Assembly: GCA_041690395.1 (NCBI GenBank)
Contig: JAWLHJ010000006.1
Span: forward strand, 70,530 to 134,529
DNA length: 64,000 nt
From: Longimicrobiales bacterium
Lineage (GTDB): Bacteria; Gemmatimonadota; Gemmatimonadetes; Longimicrobiales; Gaopeijiaceae
Direction: 5' to 3'
Of this stretch, positions 37,929-48,353 are shown one piece after another. The notes under the pieces were generated by a model, which was not told the origin of the DNA, did not search any database, and was given only the letters and a program-made list of their open reading frames with translations. The translations under genes were made by a program, and so were the position numbers. Positions within the stretch are counted from its first letter, which is position 1; every line of letters begins with the position of its first letter.

Positions 37929-38867
37929 TCAGCCGGCGGAGCCGGCCGCCTCACGAATCCGGGTCAGCTGGTCCTGATACTCGGCGGGCGTCAACGCATG
38001 GTAGCCGGTGGACGGCACGAGCTCGCTCGATTCCTGGAGGATGAACTCCACGAACGCCATGACCTCGGGGCGCTCGAGCGCGGAGTCGCGCACGTACATG
38101 TGGAGCGGGCGGGCCAGCGGCGTGTACGTCCCGGCCTCGATGGACTCGTCGGAGGGGAGGACGCACCCCGCGCCGCCGTCGACCGCCACGAGCTTGAGCG
38201 CGTCCTGGTTCTCGACGAAGTACGCGTAGCCGAAGTATCCGAGCGCGTACGAGTCACCGGTCACGCCCTGGACCAGGATGTTGTCGTCCTCGCTCGCCTG
38301 ATAGTCCGCGCGGCTGGCGCCGCCCTCACCGACGATCGTCTCGGTGAAGTAGTCGAAGGTCCCCGAGTCCGTGCCCGGCCCGTAGAGCTGGATCTCCTCG
38401 GCCGGCCACTCGGCCCGGACGTCCCGCCAGGTCGTCACCGTGCTTCCGGGCTCCCAGATGCGCCGGAGCTCGTCGACGGTGAGGCACTCCACGAAGTCGT
38501 TGGCCGGGTTCACGATGATGGAGAGCCCGTCCCAGCCCACGGTGAGCTCGGTGAAGGTGTACCCGGCGGCCCCGCACGCCGCGCGCTCGTCGTCGGCGAT
38601 GGGCCGCGATGCGTTCGTGAGATCGATCTCGCCGGCGCAGAAGCGCTGGAAGCCGCCACCGGTTCCGGAAACGCCGACGGTCACGCGGGCGTCGGGGTTG
38701 GCGAGCTGGAACTCCTCGGCGAGGGCCTCGGCCACGGGGAAGACCGTGCTTGATCCGTCGATGCGGATGTTCCCGGCGACGCCCCCGGCATCACCGCCGC
38801 TTCCGCCGCAGGCCGCGAACATGAGGGTGGTAGCTCCGCAGGTGAGCACGAGGCTGAGCTTCGACAT
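37929..38867 (-). CDS. pstS: Phosphate-binding lipoprotein
   Basis: Lipobox [33 protein letters not shown]; alternative start 38897. Confidence 0.94.
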   Translation of the reverse strand: MSKLSLVLTCGATTLMFAACGGSGGDAGGVAGNIRIDGSSTVFPVAEALAEEFQLANPDARVTVGVSGTGGGFQRFCAGEIDLTNASRPIADDERAACGAAGYTFTELTVGWDGLSIIVNPANDFVECLTVDELRRIWEPGSTVTTWRDVRAEWPAEEIQLYGPGTDSGTFDYFTETIVGEGGASRADYQASEDDNILVQGVTGDSYALGYFGYAYFVENQDALKLVAVDGGAGCVLPSDESIEAGTYTPLARPLHMYVRDSALERPEVMAFVEFILQESSELVPSTGYHALTPAEYQDQLTRIREAAGSAG

Positions 38868-38940
38868 TCGAATCCGTCCTGGAGAAGGAATCTTCATGGG
38901 TGCTTCGGGTTGGCGGCTTACTCTAAGGCGAATCGATGTC

Positions 38941-38973
38941 ATTATGATAAACGACCTGTAACGAAACCGTAAC
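38941..38973 (-). promoter_or_regulatory. Candidate Pho box (two GTTAC repeats, 11-bp period) plus CATAAT -10 element upstream of pstS
   Basis: Minus strand GTTACggtttcGTTACaggtcgtttatCATAAT. Confidence 0.65.
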
Positions 38974-39007
38974 GCCAGACCGGGGCGCGGTGGGAATCCT
39001 TCCCGGA

Positions 39008-40750
39008 TCACGGGGATCCGGAGGACGACGACGCCGGCAACGTGAAGCGGACGGTCGTCCCGTGACCGAGCTCGCTCTCGGCCGACACATCCCCCCCCAT
39101 GGCGCCCACCAGGTGCTTCACGATCGCGAGGCCGAGGCCCGTACCGCCGGCGTCGCGCGCCCGCGAGGAGTCGGCCCTGTAGAAGCGCTCGAAGATCCGC
39201 GGGAGCGAGCGTGCCGGAATCCCCTCCCCGTCGTCGGACACCTCCACCGACACGAACCCTTCGCCCCCCGGTCCGATGGCGACGTGGACGTGACCGTCGG
39301 CCTCGGTATGGCGGATAGCGTTCTCGAAGAGGTTCCGAAACACCTGCACGAGCCCCTGGCGGTCGGCGACGGCCTCGGCCGCTCCTTCGATGTCGAAGTG
39401 GATGCTCCCGGCCTCGCGGGCCTCGTCGACCATGTCCCACGCCTCCGCGGCGAGCGCACCGACATCGACGGGCTCCGTCCCCGCCGTCCAACCACCGGAC
39501 TCCAGGCGGGACAGGTCCAGCAGGTCGTCCACGAGGTGTTGGAGCCTGAGCGTGTTGGACCGGATGGCCTCGAGGAAACGCCTCCGGATCTCGGCCGGCG
39601 GATCGTCCTCGACGAGCGCTTCGGCGTAGCCCCGGATCGACGTGAGCGGCGTCTTGAGCTCGTGCGACGCGTTGGCCACGAAGTCACGCCGGACCGCCTC
39701 GAGCCGCCTGACCTCGGTGATGTCGAGGAAGGTGGTCACCGCTCCGCCGCGGTCGAGGGTGCGCGAGGCGAGAAGGAGCTGACGCCCACCGAAGGCGACC
39801 TCCCGCGACTGCGAATCGACCTCGAGCGACGACTCGAGGGCCTCCCGCAACTCCCTCTGCCTCACGACCGCGCCGACGGGAGGGTGCGCCGTCATCTCCG
39901 GGATTCGGAGGAGATTGCGGGCCGTGCGGTTGATGCGCATGAGGCGTCCGTCCTCCGTCAGGGCGACCACCCCCTCCGCCATGCAGTCGATGAGCACCTG
40001 CATCTCGTCGCGCTCCTCGGCGAGCTCCCCCAGGCGGGCCCTCAGCTCGTCGCTGAGCCGGTTGAACGCGACGGCCACGTCCCGGAGCTCCGACACGGAT
40101 CCGGGGGGCACCCGGCCGGTGAAGTCGCCCTGAGCAAGCCGTCGCGCCCGGTCCGAAAGCGCGACCAGCGGTCGGGCGAAGACCCGGCTCAGCAGATACG
40201 CCGCGGCGAGCGCGACGACCATCGCGAGCAGGCCCGCGACGGCCACCGCCCGCTGGACCCGGTCCACGGCGCCGTCGATCTCGGAACGGGGCGCAGCGAT
40301 GCGGAGCACCATGGGCTCGCCGCCGAGCGTCGTGAGCGTCGCCCCGTAGAGGAGCGGCACGTTGACCGTGGTGCTGGTGCGCTCCGAGAAGTCCACCGGA
40401 CGGCCCTCGAGGACGCCCCGGATCTCGGGTCGCCCCCCGTGGTTCTCTATGCCGGCCAGCCCGCCCGCCCCGACATAGGATTCGCCGCGCACGACGCCGG
40501 CGGTGTCGATGAGCGTGACCCGGTAGCCGATCCGCTCGGTCATGGTACGCGCGAGGGAGTCGGCGTTCGCGGGCCCCGCCGTCTCCATGATGGCGGCCCC
40601 GAGCGCGAGCTGGCGCTCGAGCTCGGCCCGGAAGGTGGCCCGGAGCTCCCGGTTCAGGCCGGTCCCCACGAGCAGCAGGGTGAGAACCACGAGCAGCCCG
40701 ACGACCCCGAAGAACCCGAAGAAGAGCGCGTGATGGATGCGTAGGCGCAT
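39008..40750 (-). CDS. phoR: Phosphate regulon sensor histidine kinase (HAMP, PAS)
   Basis: Two TM helices, RRDFVANASHELKTPLT, NLFENA, RIFERFYR, GGTGLGLAIVKH; adjacent to pst genes. Confidence 0.9.
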   Translation of the reverse strand: MRLRIHHALFFGFFGVVGLLVVLTLLLVGTGLNRELRATFRAELERQLALGAAIMETAGPANADSLARTMTERIGYRVTLIDTAGVVRGESYVGAGGLAGIENHGGRPEIRGVLEGRPVDFSERTSTTVNVPLLYGATLTTLGGEPMVLRIAAPRSEIDGAVDRVQRAVAVAGLLAMVVALAAAYLLSRVFARPLVALSDRARRLAQGDFTGRVPPGSVSELRDVAVAFNRLSDELRARLGELAEERDEMQVLIDCMAEGVVALTEDGRLMRINRTARNLLRIPEMTAHPPVGAVVRQRELREALESSLEVDSQSREVAFGGRQLLLASRTLDRGGAVTTFLDITEVRRLEAVRRDFVANASHELKTPLTSIRGYAEALVEDDPPAEIRRRFLEAIRSNTLRLQHLVDDLLDLSRLESGGWTAGTEPVDVGALAAEAWDMVDEAREAGSIHFDIEGAAEAVADRQGLVQVFRNLFENAIRHTEADGHVHVAIGPGGEGFVSVEVSDDGEGIPARSLPRIFERFYRADSSRARDAGGTGLGLAIVKHLVGAMGGDVSAESELGHGTTVRFTLPASSSSGSP

Positions 40751-40771
40751 GCGGGTCGGGGAGGGCCCCTC

Positions 40772-41533
40772 CTACTCCCTGCCTTCGGGGATCTTCAGCC
40801 GGTAGCCGAAGCCGCGGATCGTCTGGATCCAGTCGCCCACCTCGCCGAGCTTGCCGCGCAGCCGGCGCACGTGCATGTCGACGGTGCGCGTCTGGATGCG
40901 GTCGGACACGTCCGCCTCGACGTCCCAGGCCTTCTCGAGGAGCTGCTTGCGGCTCTGGGTCCGCCCCCTACGCTCCAGGAGCGCCTGGAGGAGCCGGAAC
41001 TCGGTCGGCGTGAGGCTCAGCTCCTCGCCGTCGAGCGACGCCTGGTGCGACGCGACGTCCATGCGGATGGGACCGGCCCGCAGCACCCGTCCACCGGACG
41101 TGATCCCGGCCTCCTGGACCCTACGCAGGATCGCCTGGACCCGGAGCACCAGCTCTCGCGGGCTGAACGGCTTCGTCAGGTAGTCGTCCGCGCCGAGCTC
41201 GAAGCCGCTGATGCGGTCTTCCTGCTCGCGCTTGGCGGTGAGCACCAGCACGGGGATATTCGACGTCGTCGGCTCGGACTTGAGCTGCTCGAGAACCGCA
41301 TCGCCACTGAGGCCCGGGAGCATGCGATCGAGCACCACCAGATCGGGGATCTCGCGACCGATGGCGTCGAGCCCTTCGGGACCGTTCCCCGCGGTCTCGA
41401 CCCGGAATCCTTCCCGGGTGAGCTGATAGGCGATCAACGCGGCGATATCCGGCTCGTCCTCGACGACGAGCACGCGGGGAACCGACGCGGATTTCGGGGA
41501 AGCGTCCATGGATTCTCTGGTCATCGTGGTCAT
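40772..41533 (-). CDS. phoB: OmpR/PhoB-family response regulator
   Basis: VVEDE, LDRMLP, GADDYLTKPFS, TRTVDMHVRRLR, TIRGFGY. Confidence 0.9.
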   Translation of the reverse strand: MTTMTRESMDASPKSASVPRVLVVEDEPDIAALIAYQLTREGFRVETAGNGPEGLDAIGREIPDLVVLDRMLPGLSGDAVLEQLKSEPTTSNIPVLVLTAKREQEDRISGFELGADDYLTKPFSPRELVLRVQAILRRVQEAGITSGGRVLRAGPIRMDVASHQASLDGEELSLTPTEFRLLQALLERRGRTQSRKQLLEKAWDVEADVSDRIQTRTVDMHVRRLRGKLGEVGDWIQTIRGFGYRLKIPEGRE

Positions 41534-41588
41534 GGGGCTCTCACCGAGGACGCGACCCGGCCGGCCCCACCGCGGGATCCACCCGCGG

Positions 41589-42821
41589 TCAGCCCGCCCC
41601 GATCAGCGCCTCGAGCTCTCCTTCGGTCAAGGTGTGGTCCGTCTGCTTCGCCGCCTTGAAGATGCGGCTGGTGAGCTCCTCGTCGGTCGGGTCGTACCCG
41701 TGTTCGCGGAGCCAGTATTTCACGTTCGACAGCCCCGACATCGGGCCGATCTCGATGAGCTGCTTGCGCCCGACCATGGACGCGGGGATCGCCGAGTAGA
41801 TCCGGTCGGCGAGCCAGCTGTCGCCCTTCTCTTCCGCCTTGATGATCGCGGCCGCGTGCACTCCGGTACCCGTGCGGAAGGCGTCGTGACCCACCACGGG
41901 GTACGAGTGCACCAGCGGCACCTGGCACGCTTCGGCCGTCAGCTCGCAGTACTCCGGTAGCACCGTCAGGTCCGCGTCGTGAACCCCCAGGAGCTGGAGA
42001 TTGACGAGCAGGAGGTCCATCTCGGTGTTGCCGCACCGCTCCCCAATGCCGAGCGCTGTCCCGTGCACCCGCGTCGCCCCGGCCTCGATGGCCGCGAGCG
42101 CGTTCGCGAGCCCGAAGCCCCGGTCGCGGTGCCCGTGCCAGTCGACCTCCACGTCCTCGCCCGATGGCTTCACGATCTCTTCGATGACGAAGCGAACGAG
42201 TGACCGAGTGCCTTCGGGGGTGGCGTGCCCGACCGTGTCCGCGATGCAGAGCCGCTTCGCTCCCCATTCGATCGCCTTGCCGTAGAGCGCCTTCAGGACC
42301 TCGGGATTGGCACGAGTGGTGTCCTCCGTGACCATCATCACGGGAAGCCCCTCGCGCACGGCGAAGGTCACCGCTTCCTCGCTGGTCTTCAGCATGCGGT
42401 CGAGCGTCCAGTTCTCGGCGTACTGCCGGATGGGCGAGCTCCCGATGAAGGTGCACGCCTCGATCGGGATGCCGATCTCCTGGCTGATCTCGACGATGGG
42501 CCGGACGTCCTGGACCACGGTTCGAGCCGCGCAGTTGGGCCGGATGGCGAGCTTCGCGTCGACGATCTCCCGCGCCAGCACCGTGACCGCTTCGACCGCC
42601 CTCGGCCCCGCGCCGGGCAAGCCGATGTCCGCCGTGTGGATGCCGAGCTGGTCCATCATGTGGAGCAGCCGGACCTTGTCCTCCAGGGGCGGATCGACCA
42701 CCGACGGATTCTGGAGGCCGTCGCGCAGCGTCTCGTCGTCCAGCTCCACCTTCTCGACGGCCGACCAGTCGAAGGTGTCCCCGACGTCGTTCCAGTCGTA
42801 GATGAGTTCCCGCTCTTCCAT
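41589..42821 (-). CDS. DRE-TIM acyltransferase, LeuA/homocitrate-synthase family, without C-terminal regulatory domain
   Basis: DETLRDGLQ, EDTTR, ADTVG, HGHRDRG, GIGERCGN, GVHA; about 410 aa. Confidence 0.85.
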   Translation of the reverse strand: MEERELIYDWNDVGDTFDWSAVEKVELDDETLRDGLQNPSVVDPPLEDKVRLLHMMDQLGIHTADIGLPGAGPRAVEAVTVLAREIVDAKLAIRPNCAARTVVQDVRPIVEISQEIGIPIEACTFIGSSPIRQYAENWTLDRMLKTSEEAVTFAVREGLPVMMVTEDTTRANPEVLKALYGKAIEWGAKRLCIADTVGHATPEGTRSLVRFVIEEIVKPSGEDVEVDWHGHRDRGFGLANALAAIEAGATRVHGTALGIGERCGNTEMDLLLVNLQLLGVHDADLTVLPEYCELTAEACQVPLVHSYPVVGHDAFRTGTGVHAAAIIKAEEKGDSWLADRIYSAIPASMVGRKQLIEIGPMSGLSNVKYWLREHGYDPTDEELTSRIFKAAKQTDHTLTEGELEALIGAG

Positions 42822-42901
42822 GCTCGCCCTCGACAGCGTCCGTGGTCTGGAGTCCAGGAACAAACATAGAGATGCGGGCGCGGCGGGTCACCGTCGTCGC
42901 C

Positions 42902-43561
42902 TCAGCCGGCGCGGGCAGGATCATGCCGGCGGGGCATCTCATCGTAGTAGCGGAAGATCTTGTGACCCCCGCCCCGCACGAGCACATCCTTGAAGAGCTG
43001 CGCCTCGAACGGTCCCTCCCGCCCCTCCACGTCGAAGATCGTCCAACAGTCGGTGAGCACCTCGAACGTCTCGAACGTCTGCGTGGCGCCCCGGCACTGG
43101 ACCGTCCTGAAGCGCGCGTCGAGACCGTCGAAGACGGGGAGGAGCCTCGCCAGGCTACGGCGATCTCTCAGCTCGATGTTGGTCCACGCGAAGTCGATGG
43201 GGAAGTTCACCTCGGGCCGCGCGGCGGGAAGCTCGGGCCACACGACCTCGTTGTGCTCCCTCTCCGTGAGGCGGAGCTCGGCGAGCGTGACCGTGTCGGA
43301 CCGGCTCAAGGCCTCGAGCACCGTCCGTCCCAGTCCGTCGATCGTCTCGGTCGAGCCCGGGAAGCGGAGCTCGGCGCTCCCGGTCGTGGCGGGGGTGTCG
43401 GCCACACGGTCGTCCGACGGTGAGCAGCCAAAGACGCCCATGGCGGCCACGAGCATCCAGGTGACGAATCCTCCGGGGCCCCGCCTCGGCGGCCGAGCCG
43501 ACGCCATCCCTTCGCTGCGACGGACCCGGAAGTCCGCCTCGTGCCTGCCGTCCTGCTTCAC
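42902..43561 (-). CDS. Hypothetical lipoprotein
   Basis: Hydrophobic stretch with VFGC lipobox; GGAGG upstream of GTG 43561 (alternative ATG 43507). Confidence 0.6.
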   Translation of the reverse strand: MKQDGRHEADFRVRRSEGMASARPPRRGPGGFVTWMLVAAMGVFGCSPSDDRVADTPATTGSAELRFPGSTETIDGLGRTVLEALSRSDTVTLAELRLTEREHNEVVWPELPAARPEVNFPIDFAWTNIELRDRRSLARLLPVFDGLDARFRTVQCRGATQTFETFEVLTDCWTIFDVEGREGPFEAQLFKDVLVRGGGHKIFRYYDEMPRRHDPARAG

Positions 43562-43781
43562 TGCCTGCCTCCTGTGAGCGATGAAGGGCCGGCGCCCTCA
43601 CACACCAGTTCTGCGGCCGCCGAGGCGGTGCAGGAGCGCGGGTAAGCCTGGCATGCGAGGGCCACCGACCCGATCACATCGTCCTTCGATTTCCCGGTCG
43701 CGCAGGGCGCGCTTCCGGCCGGACCCGGTGCGACCGGAGGGTGTCCCGCCCCTCCGGCCGCGCTCCGTGATCCGTGCCCGC

Positions 43782-45359
43782 CTAGTTCTGCGCGGTCGTG
43801 GTCCAGCCCGTGTACCAGGGCGTCGCCTCGCTCGGATCCACGCCGCCGATGAAGTCCACGGCCTCGAAGAAGTCGTCGGCCGGCGGCGTCGCGAAGCCGG
43901 TCAGCGCGGGCGACCCGTCGGCCGGACGGAAGTCCGGAGCCATGCGGTCGAACGGGTTCTCGAGGAGCGGATCGATGCCGAAGCGGTTGTTCCACGCGGC
44001 CTGCGTGAAGAACGCGTTGTCGTCGATGCCGTCGGCATCGTCGGAGATGTCCAGCGCGTTCTGCCCGATGATCGAGTTCTGCAGGGTGAGCCCGTTGTCG
44101 ATGGTCTCCTGGTTGTCGACATCGAGGCCGAAGGTCCCGAAGCCCATCACGATGGCGTTGTAGATGTCACCCGCCGTGCCGCGACGGAGGAGCATGCCCG
44201 TCGTCGACTCGCCAGCCGTCCCGCCCGCGCCGTCGATACCCTTACCGACGAGCGTCACGTTGTAGATGGTCGGCGCCGTGAACGGCGTCGCGGTGAAGTC
44301 GTCCTCGTTGCCGTCGACCTCGAATCCGTTGTCCGCGTCGTCCGGATCGTGCTGCGCGATCCAGAACTGGCCGCGGCCCTGCCAACCCGTCGAGTAGTCG
44401 AACGAGTCGTCGGAGATACCCGTGGCCAGGGCGTACTTCAGGTCCACGGTGCCGCCGAACCACTCGAAGCCGTCGTCCGACCCGTAGTGGGTCTGGAGGT
44501 GGTGCAGCTCGGTCCCGGAGCCGACGCCGTTCAGCGTCAGCGCGTTGAGCTCGTTACCGAAGCTGACCTCGTATCCCGCGAACTCGATGCGGGTGTAGGT
44601 CATGACGCCGCTGTTGTCGTCGAGGATCTCTCCGCCGTACGGGCCGGACGAGCCCTCACCGACGCACTCGGACGCCGGGAAGTTGCAGATGGAGCGGCCG
44701 TTCAGCACCACGCCGCCCCAGTCGCCGCGCTCACGCTGGCCGACCGGATTCTCGGAGGTGAAGACCACCGGCGCCTCTGCGGTGCCGTTCGAGAAGAGCT
44801 GGCCACCCTGACGGACGATCAGCGCCGACGGCGTGATGTTCACGTCGCCGAGCAGGAGCGTGCCCGCCGGAATGGTGAGGCTGGCTCCGTCCACGACGGT
44901 CACGATGCCCTGGATGAAGTACGTCGTGTCGGCGGACAGCTCACGGTCGCCCGTGATCTCGCCGCTGAGCACGGCCTCGGCCGGGAGCTCCTCGGGAACC
45001 TCTCCGACGACAGGGTCGCTCGGATCGGAGTTGCCCGAGCTGTTCTTGGCGATCACCCGGTAGCTGTAGGTCGAGCCCGGGGTCACCGAGTCGTCCGAGT
45101 ACTCGGTCCCGGTCACGTCGGAACCGATGGTGCTGAAGGTGGCGCCGGAAGCGGCCGCCTGGCGCTGCACGTCGTACGCGGTCGCGCCGTCCACGGCGGA
45201 CCACGAAACGACCAGCGCGCCACCGGAAAGCGTCACCGACGAGATCGTCGGCTGCGCCGGGGCGGTGTCCACCCCGGTCGGGTCGTCGTCACCGCACGCG
45301 GCCAGCGCGAACACGGCCAGCAGGGTGACGAGGGGGGTCAAGCGTCCTTTACGAGACAT
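43782..45359 (-). CDS. Lipoprotein with FN3 domain and parallel beta-helix domain (TBDR-associated family)
   Basis: ATG 45359 with AGGAG, lipobox LAAC, FN3-like segment (YSYRVIAKNSSG), GDWGGVVLNG, YTRIEFAG, NALTLNGVGSGT, DDGFEWFGG, DDSFD. Confidence 0.85.
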   Translation of the reverse strand: MSRKGRLTPLVTLLAVFALAACGDDDPTGVDTAPAQPTISSVTLSGGALVVSWSAVDGATAYDVQRQAAASGATFSTIGSDVTGTEYSDDSVTPGSTYSYRVIAKNSSGNSDPSDPVVGEVPEELPAEAVLSGEITGDRELSADTTYFIQGIVTVVDGASLTIPAGTLLLGDVNITPSALIVRQGGQLFSNGTAEAPVVFTSENPVGQRERGDWGGVVLNGRSICNFPASECVGEGSSGPYGGEILDDNSGVMTYTRIEFAGYEVSFGNELNALTLNGVGSGTELHHLQTHYGSDDGFEWFGGTVDLKYALATGISDDSFDYSTGWQGRGQFWIAQHDPDDADNGFEVDGNEDDFTATPFTAPTIYNVTLVGKGIDGAGGTAGESTTGMLLRRGTAGDIYNAIVMGFGTFGLDVDNQETIDNGLTLQNSIIGQNALDISDDADGIDDNAFFTQAAWNNRFGIDPLLENPFDRMAPDFRPADGSPALTGFATPPADDFFEAVDFIGGVDPSEATPWYTGWTTTAQN

Positions 45360-45466
45360 CCTGTGATTCTCCTGGTTATGGATGTTGCTCGGGCCGTGAT
45401 CCCCACGACCCGCCATGAGCGCCGCCGCCCGAACGGCTTCGACGCGGGCGGGAAACGTCCGGCTCA

Positions 45467-48277
45467 TTACCGGCCGCTTCCCCAACTGAGCGAGAGCGAC
45501 AGGGAGCGTCCGACGTCGTAAGACCGGAGCGTTCCGCCGCCCTGCGTGAACTCCACTTCGTTTCCGAGCAGCCGGTTGGCCGACAGCTTGGCCTTCCAGC
45601 CCGACCGGAGCGGAAGCTCGACGACCGCGTCGAGCTGGCTCCGTGCTTCTTCGTAGATCTCCGGCGTGGACTGTCCGCCGACCGCGTCGATGCGACGCCC
45701 GAATCGATTGAACAGCACGCTCGCGGAGGCGCCCTCCGACCCGGCCCACGTGAGGCCGAGATTGGCCACGTAGGGCGACTGGCCCTGGAGCGCGCGGTTC
45801 TTGGGGACCACCGCCAGCTCCGTGGCGCCCGTGCCCGGCAGGTAGACGTCGATCGAGCTGCCGGTGGTGACGTCCGAGCGAACGAGCGTCACGTTGGCGT
45901 TGAAGGAGAGGGGCGACAGGCCCCGCGCGAGGAAGCCCAGGTCGCTGCGGGCTTCGATCTCGACGCCGTAGTTGTCGGCCTCGTCCGCGTTCACCCAGGT
46001 CTTGATGAGCTCGCTGCTCGGGAGCACCGACACCTCGATCGGGTCGAGGAACTCCTTGTAGAAGCCGCTCACGGCGAGCACGGACTGGGGACCGGCGAAC
46101 CACTCCCAGCGCAGGTCGAAGTTCGAGATGCGGGCCCGGTCGAGCTGCGGGTTTCCGATGACGAGGAAGCCGCCGGCATAGTCCGCGAACGAGAACGGCG
46201 CCAGCTCACGCAACTCGGCCCTGGCCAGGGTGCGAGAGGCGCTGGCCCGGATGTTCATCTCGTCGCTGATCCCGACGGTGACGTTGATCGCCGGCAGGAC
46301 GTCCGTGGACTCCCGGTTGGCGCCTTCGATGGGGTCGAGGCCCGTGTCCCACAGATCCTTGGGGCTGACTTCCTGCAGGGTGCGCTCGATGCGCGCTCCG
46401 CCGGAGAGACGCAGCCCCCGGATGGGCTCGAAGTCCGCCATCAGGTAGGCCGCGTCGACACTCTGGCTCGCGTCGTAGTTGTCCGTCCGGAAGGTGGCCT
46501 CCCGGATCTCGAAGCCGTCGGGCGCGATGTAGCTCTGGTCTCCGCCGAACAGCTCGTCGGGCTGGAGGGTGCGCACGTCGTTGCCGATCATCCCGCCCGC
46601 CTGGGGACGGAAGCGGAAGCGGCGCGTGTAGGCCTCGCGGTCCTTGCGGTCGGTGCTGGCGCCCATCGCCACGGACGCCGGCAAGCCACCCAGCTCGAAC
46701 GGGATCTTCAACGAGGAGCCACCGTTCCAGCCCGAGTCCACCATGTCCTGGTGGAAGACCGAGCCGCTCTGGATGAAGTCGTCCCAGTAGAACTCACCGT
46801 CGAATTCACGGTAGAGCACCTCCCGGGTGCTGGGCTCGTAGCGCGAAGCGCGCGTCAGGGCGCCCCGCCACTGGAAGGTGGCGTCGCCGAGGAAGCCGAG
46901 CAGGTGCTCGCCCTCGAGCTGGCTGTTGACGAGCGATTGGCCGAGGTACTGCAGCCTCGAGTTCCACTGGTTGGTGTTCGAGTCCAGGTTGAACCCGGTG
47001 AGGACCCGCGAAGCGTCGTCGGTCAGGCGGTTGTAGACCGCGGACAGCTTGATCTGGTCGCTCGCCCGCGGCTGGAACGTCACGTTGGCCAGCCCGCCGA
47101 GCCCGACGGAGCGCTCGGCGATCTCGCCCGTGTAGTCCACTTCGGGGTCCGCCACACCGGAGGTCGAGAACACCCGCTCGACCACGTCCCGGCGCACGCT
47201 CTGGCTGGCCGAATAGTTCGCCGACGCGATGAAGCCGAGGCGGCGCTCGCCGCCGAGGTCGATCTCGTCGCCGAAGGAGACACCCACGCCGAGGTTCGGC
47301 GGGAGGCTGCGGGAGGTCGGCCCCCAACCACCCTGGAATCCGCGGCCGATCTGCTGGAGCTCCTCGGGCGAGAAGCTCGACCGGCTCACCTGCTGATCCC
47401 GCGGTATGCCGGCCGGCAGCCCCCGCGTGCCGTCGTCGAAGCCGAGCAGGTCGCGAGCGCCGCCCGCGTAGCCCAGCCCGTCCTTGAACGTCGCCGTGGA
47501 GTTCCAGCCCGTGGAGGCGCTGATGTTGAGGATGCGGTTGGCCGGAAAGTCACGCGTCCGGAGCTGCACCAGGCCGCCGGCGTGATCGCCGGGCTGGTCG
47601 GGCGAGTAGCTCTTCGAGGTGACGATGCTCTGCAGGAGATCCGACGGAATGATGTCGAGCGGAATGACCTTCTTGTCCGGTACCGGAGAAGCCAGTGGCG
47701 ACCCGTTGAGCGTCGTGGCGCTGTACCGCTCACCGAGGCCGCGCACGTAGGCGTACTTCCCGTCGACCACGGACAGGCCCGGCACCCGACGCAGGGCGGC
47801 ACCGGCGTCTCCGTCCGGTGTGCGGGACATCTGCTCGGCGCCGATGGCGTCGGAGACGACGGTGGACCGGCGGCGCTCCGACATGAGCGCGGTCGTGCTG
47901 CCCCGCTCCGCCGAGGACGTCACGACGACGCCTTCGAGCGCGACGGCCTGGGACTCGATCGTGATGTCGAGCTCGGTCGTCCGCCCTTCGGTCACCGTCA
48001 CGCCGGTCACGGTCTTTCCACCGTACCCGATGAGCTGGACCGTGATGTCGTGCGTCCCGACCGGCACGTCACGCAGCACGTAGCGCCCGTCGATCGACGA
48101 CAGGGCCCCGATGGAGCCCTCGCCGACGAACACCTGGGCGCTCGAGAGCGGCTCGGCCGTCTGCCCGCTGAGGACGCGGCCGACCACGCGCCCGGTTTGT
48201 GCTTCCACGGCGGCCGGCAGCCCCAGAAGGGCAACCACCGCCAAGAGTCGTAAGAACCTTCGCTTCGTACCGTTCAT
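45467..48277 (-). CDS. TonB-dependent receptor
   Basis: ATG 48277 with AAGGAG, signal peptide, N-terminal carboxypeptidase-like domain, plug YVRGLGERYS...LDIIPS...KSYSPD, GNPQL, R.LQGQSPY. Confidence 0.9.
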   Translation of the reverse strand: MNGTKRRFLRLLAVVALLGLPAAVEAQTGRVVGRVLSGQTAEPLSSAQVFVGEGSIGALSSIDGRYVLRDVPVGTHDITVQLIGYGGKTVTGVTVTEGRTTELDITIESQAVALEGVVVTSSAERGSTTALMSERRRSTVVSDAIGAEQMSRTPDGDAGAALRRVPGLSVVDGKYAYVRGLGERYSATTLNGSPLASPVPDKKVIPLDIIPSDLLQSIVTSKSYSPDQPGDHAGGLVQLRTRDFPANRILNISASTGWNSTATFKDGLGYAGGARDLLGFDDGTRGLPAGIPRDQQVSRSSFSPEELQQIGRGFQGGWGPTSRSLPPNLGVGVSFGDEIDLGGERRLGFIASANYSASQSVRRDVVERVFSTSGVADPEVDYTGEIAERSVGLGGLANVTFQPRASDQIKLSAVYNRLTDDASRVLTGFNLDSNTNQWNSRLQYLGQSLVNSQLEGEHLLGFLGDATFQWRGALTRASRYEPSTREVLYREFDGEFYWDDFIQSGSVFHQDMVDSGWNGGSSLKIPFELGGLPASVAMGASTDRKDREAYTRRFRFRPQAGGMIGNDVRTLQPDELFGGDQSYIAPDGFEIREATFRTDNYDASQSVDAAYLMADFEPIRGLRLSGGARIERTLQEVSPKDLWDTGLDPIEGANRESTDVLPAINVTVGISDEMNIRASASRTLARAELRELAPFSFADYAGGFLVIGNPQLDRARISNFDLRWEWFAGPQSVLAVSGFYKEFLDPIEVSVLPSSELIKTWVNADEADNYGVEIEARSDLGFLARGLSPLSFNANVTLVRSDVTTGSSIDVYLPGTGATELAVVPKNRALQGQSPYVANLGLTWAGSEGASASVLFNRFGRRIDAVGGQSTPEIYEEARSQLDAVVELPLRSGWKAKLSANRLLGNEVEFTQGGGTLRSYDVGRSLSLSLSWGSGR

Positions 48278-48353
48278 TTGCTCCTTACCGTTTCCTGGGT
48301 GGAACGGACCTGCTTCGTTGCAAGGAGCCCCGCGCTCCCTTTTGCATGGGCGA

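Noticed and set aside
43562..43781. 220-bp GC-rich intergenic stretch with hairpins, possible ncRNA
   Set aside because: Only a terminator-like hairpin is evident, and I recognise no riboswitch or sRNA motif.
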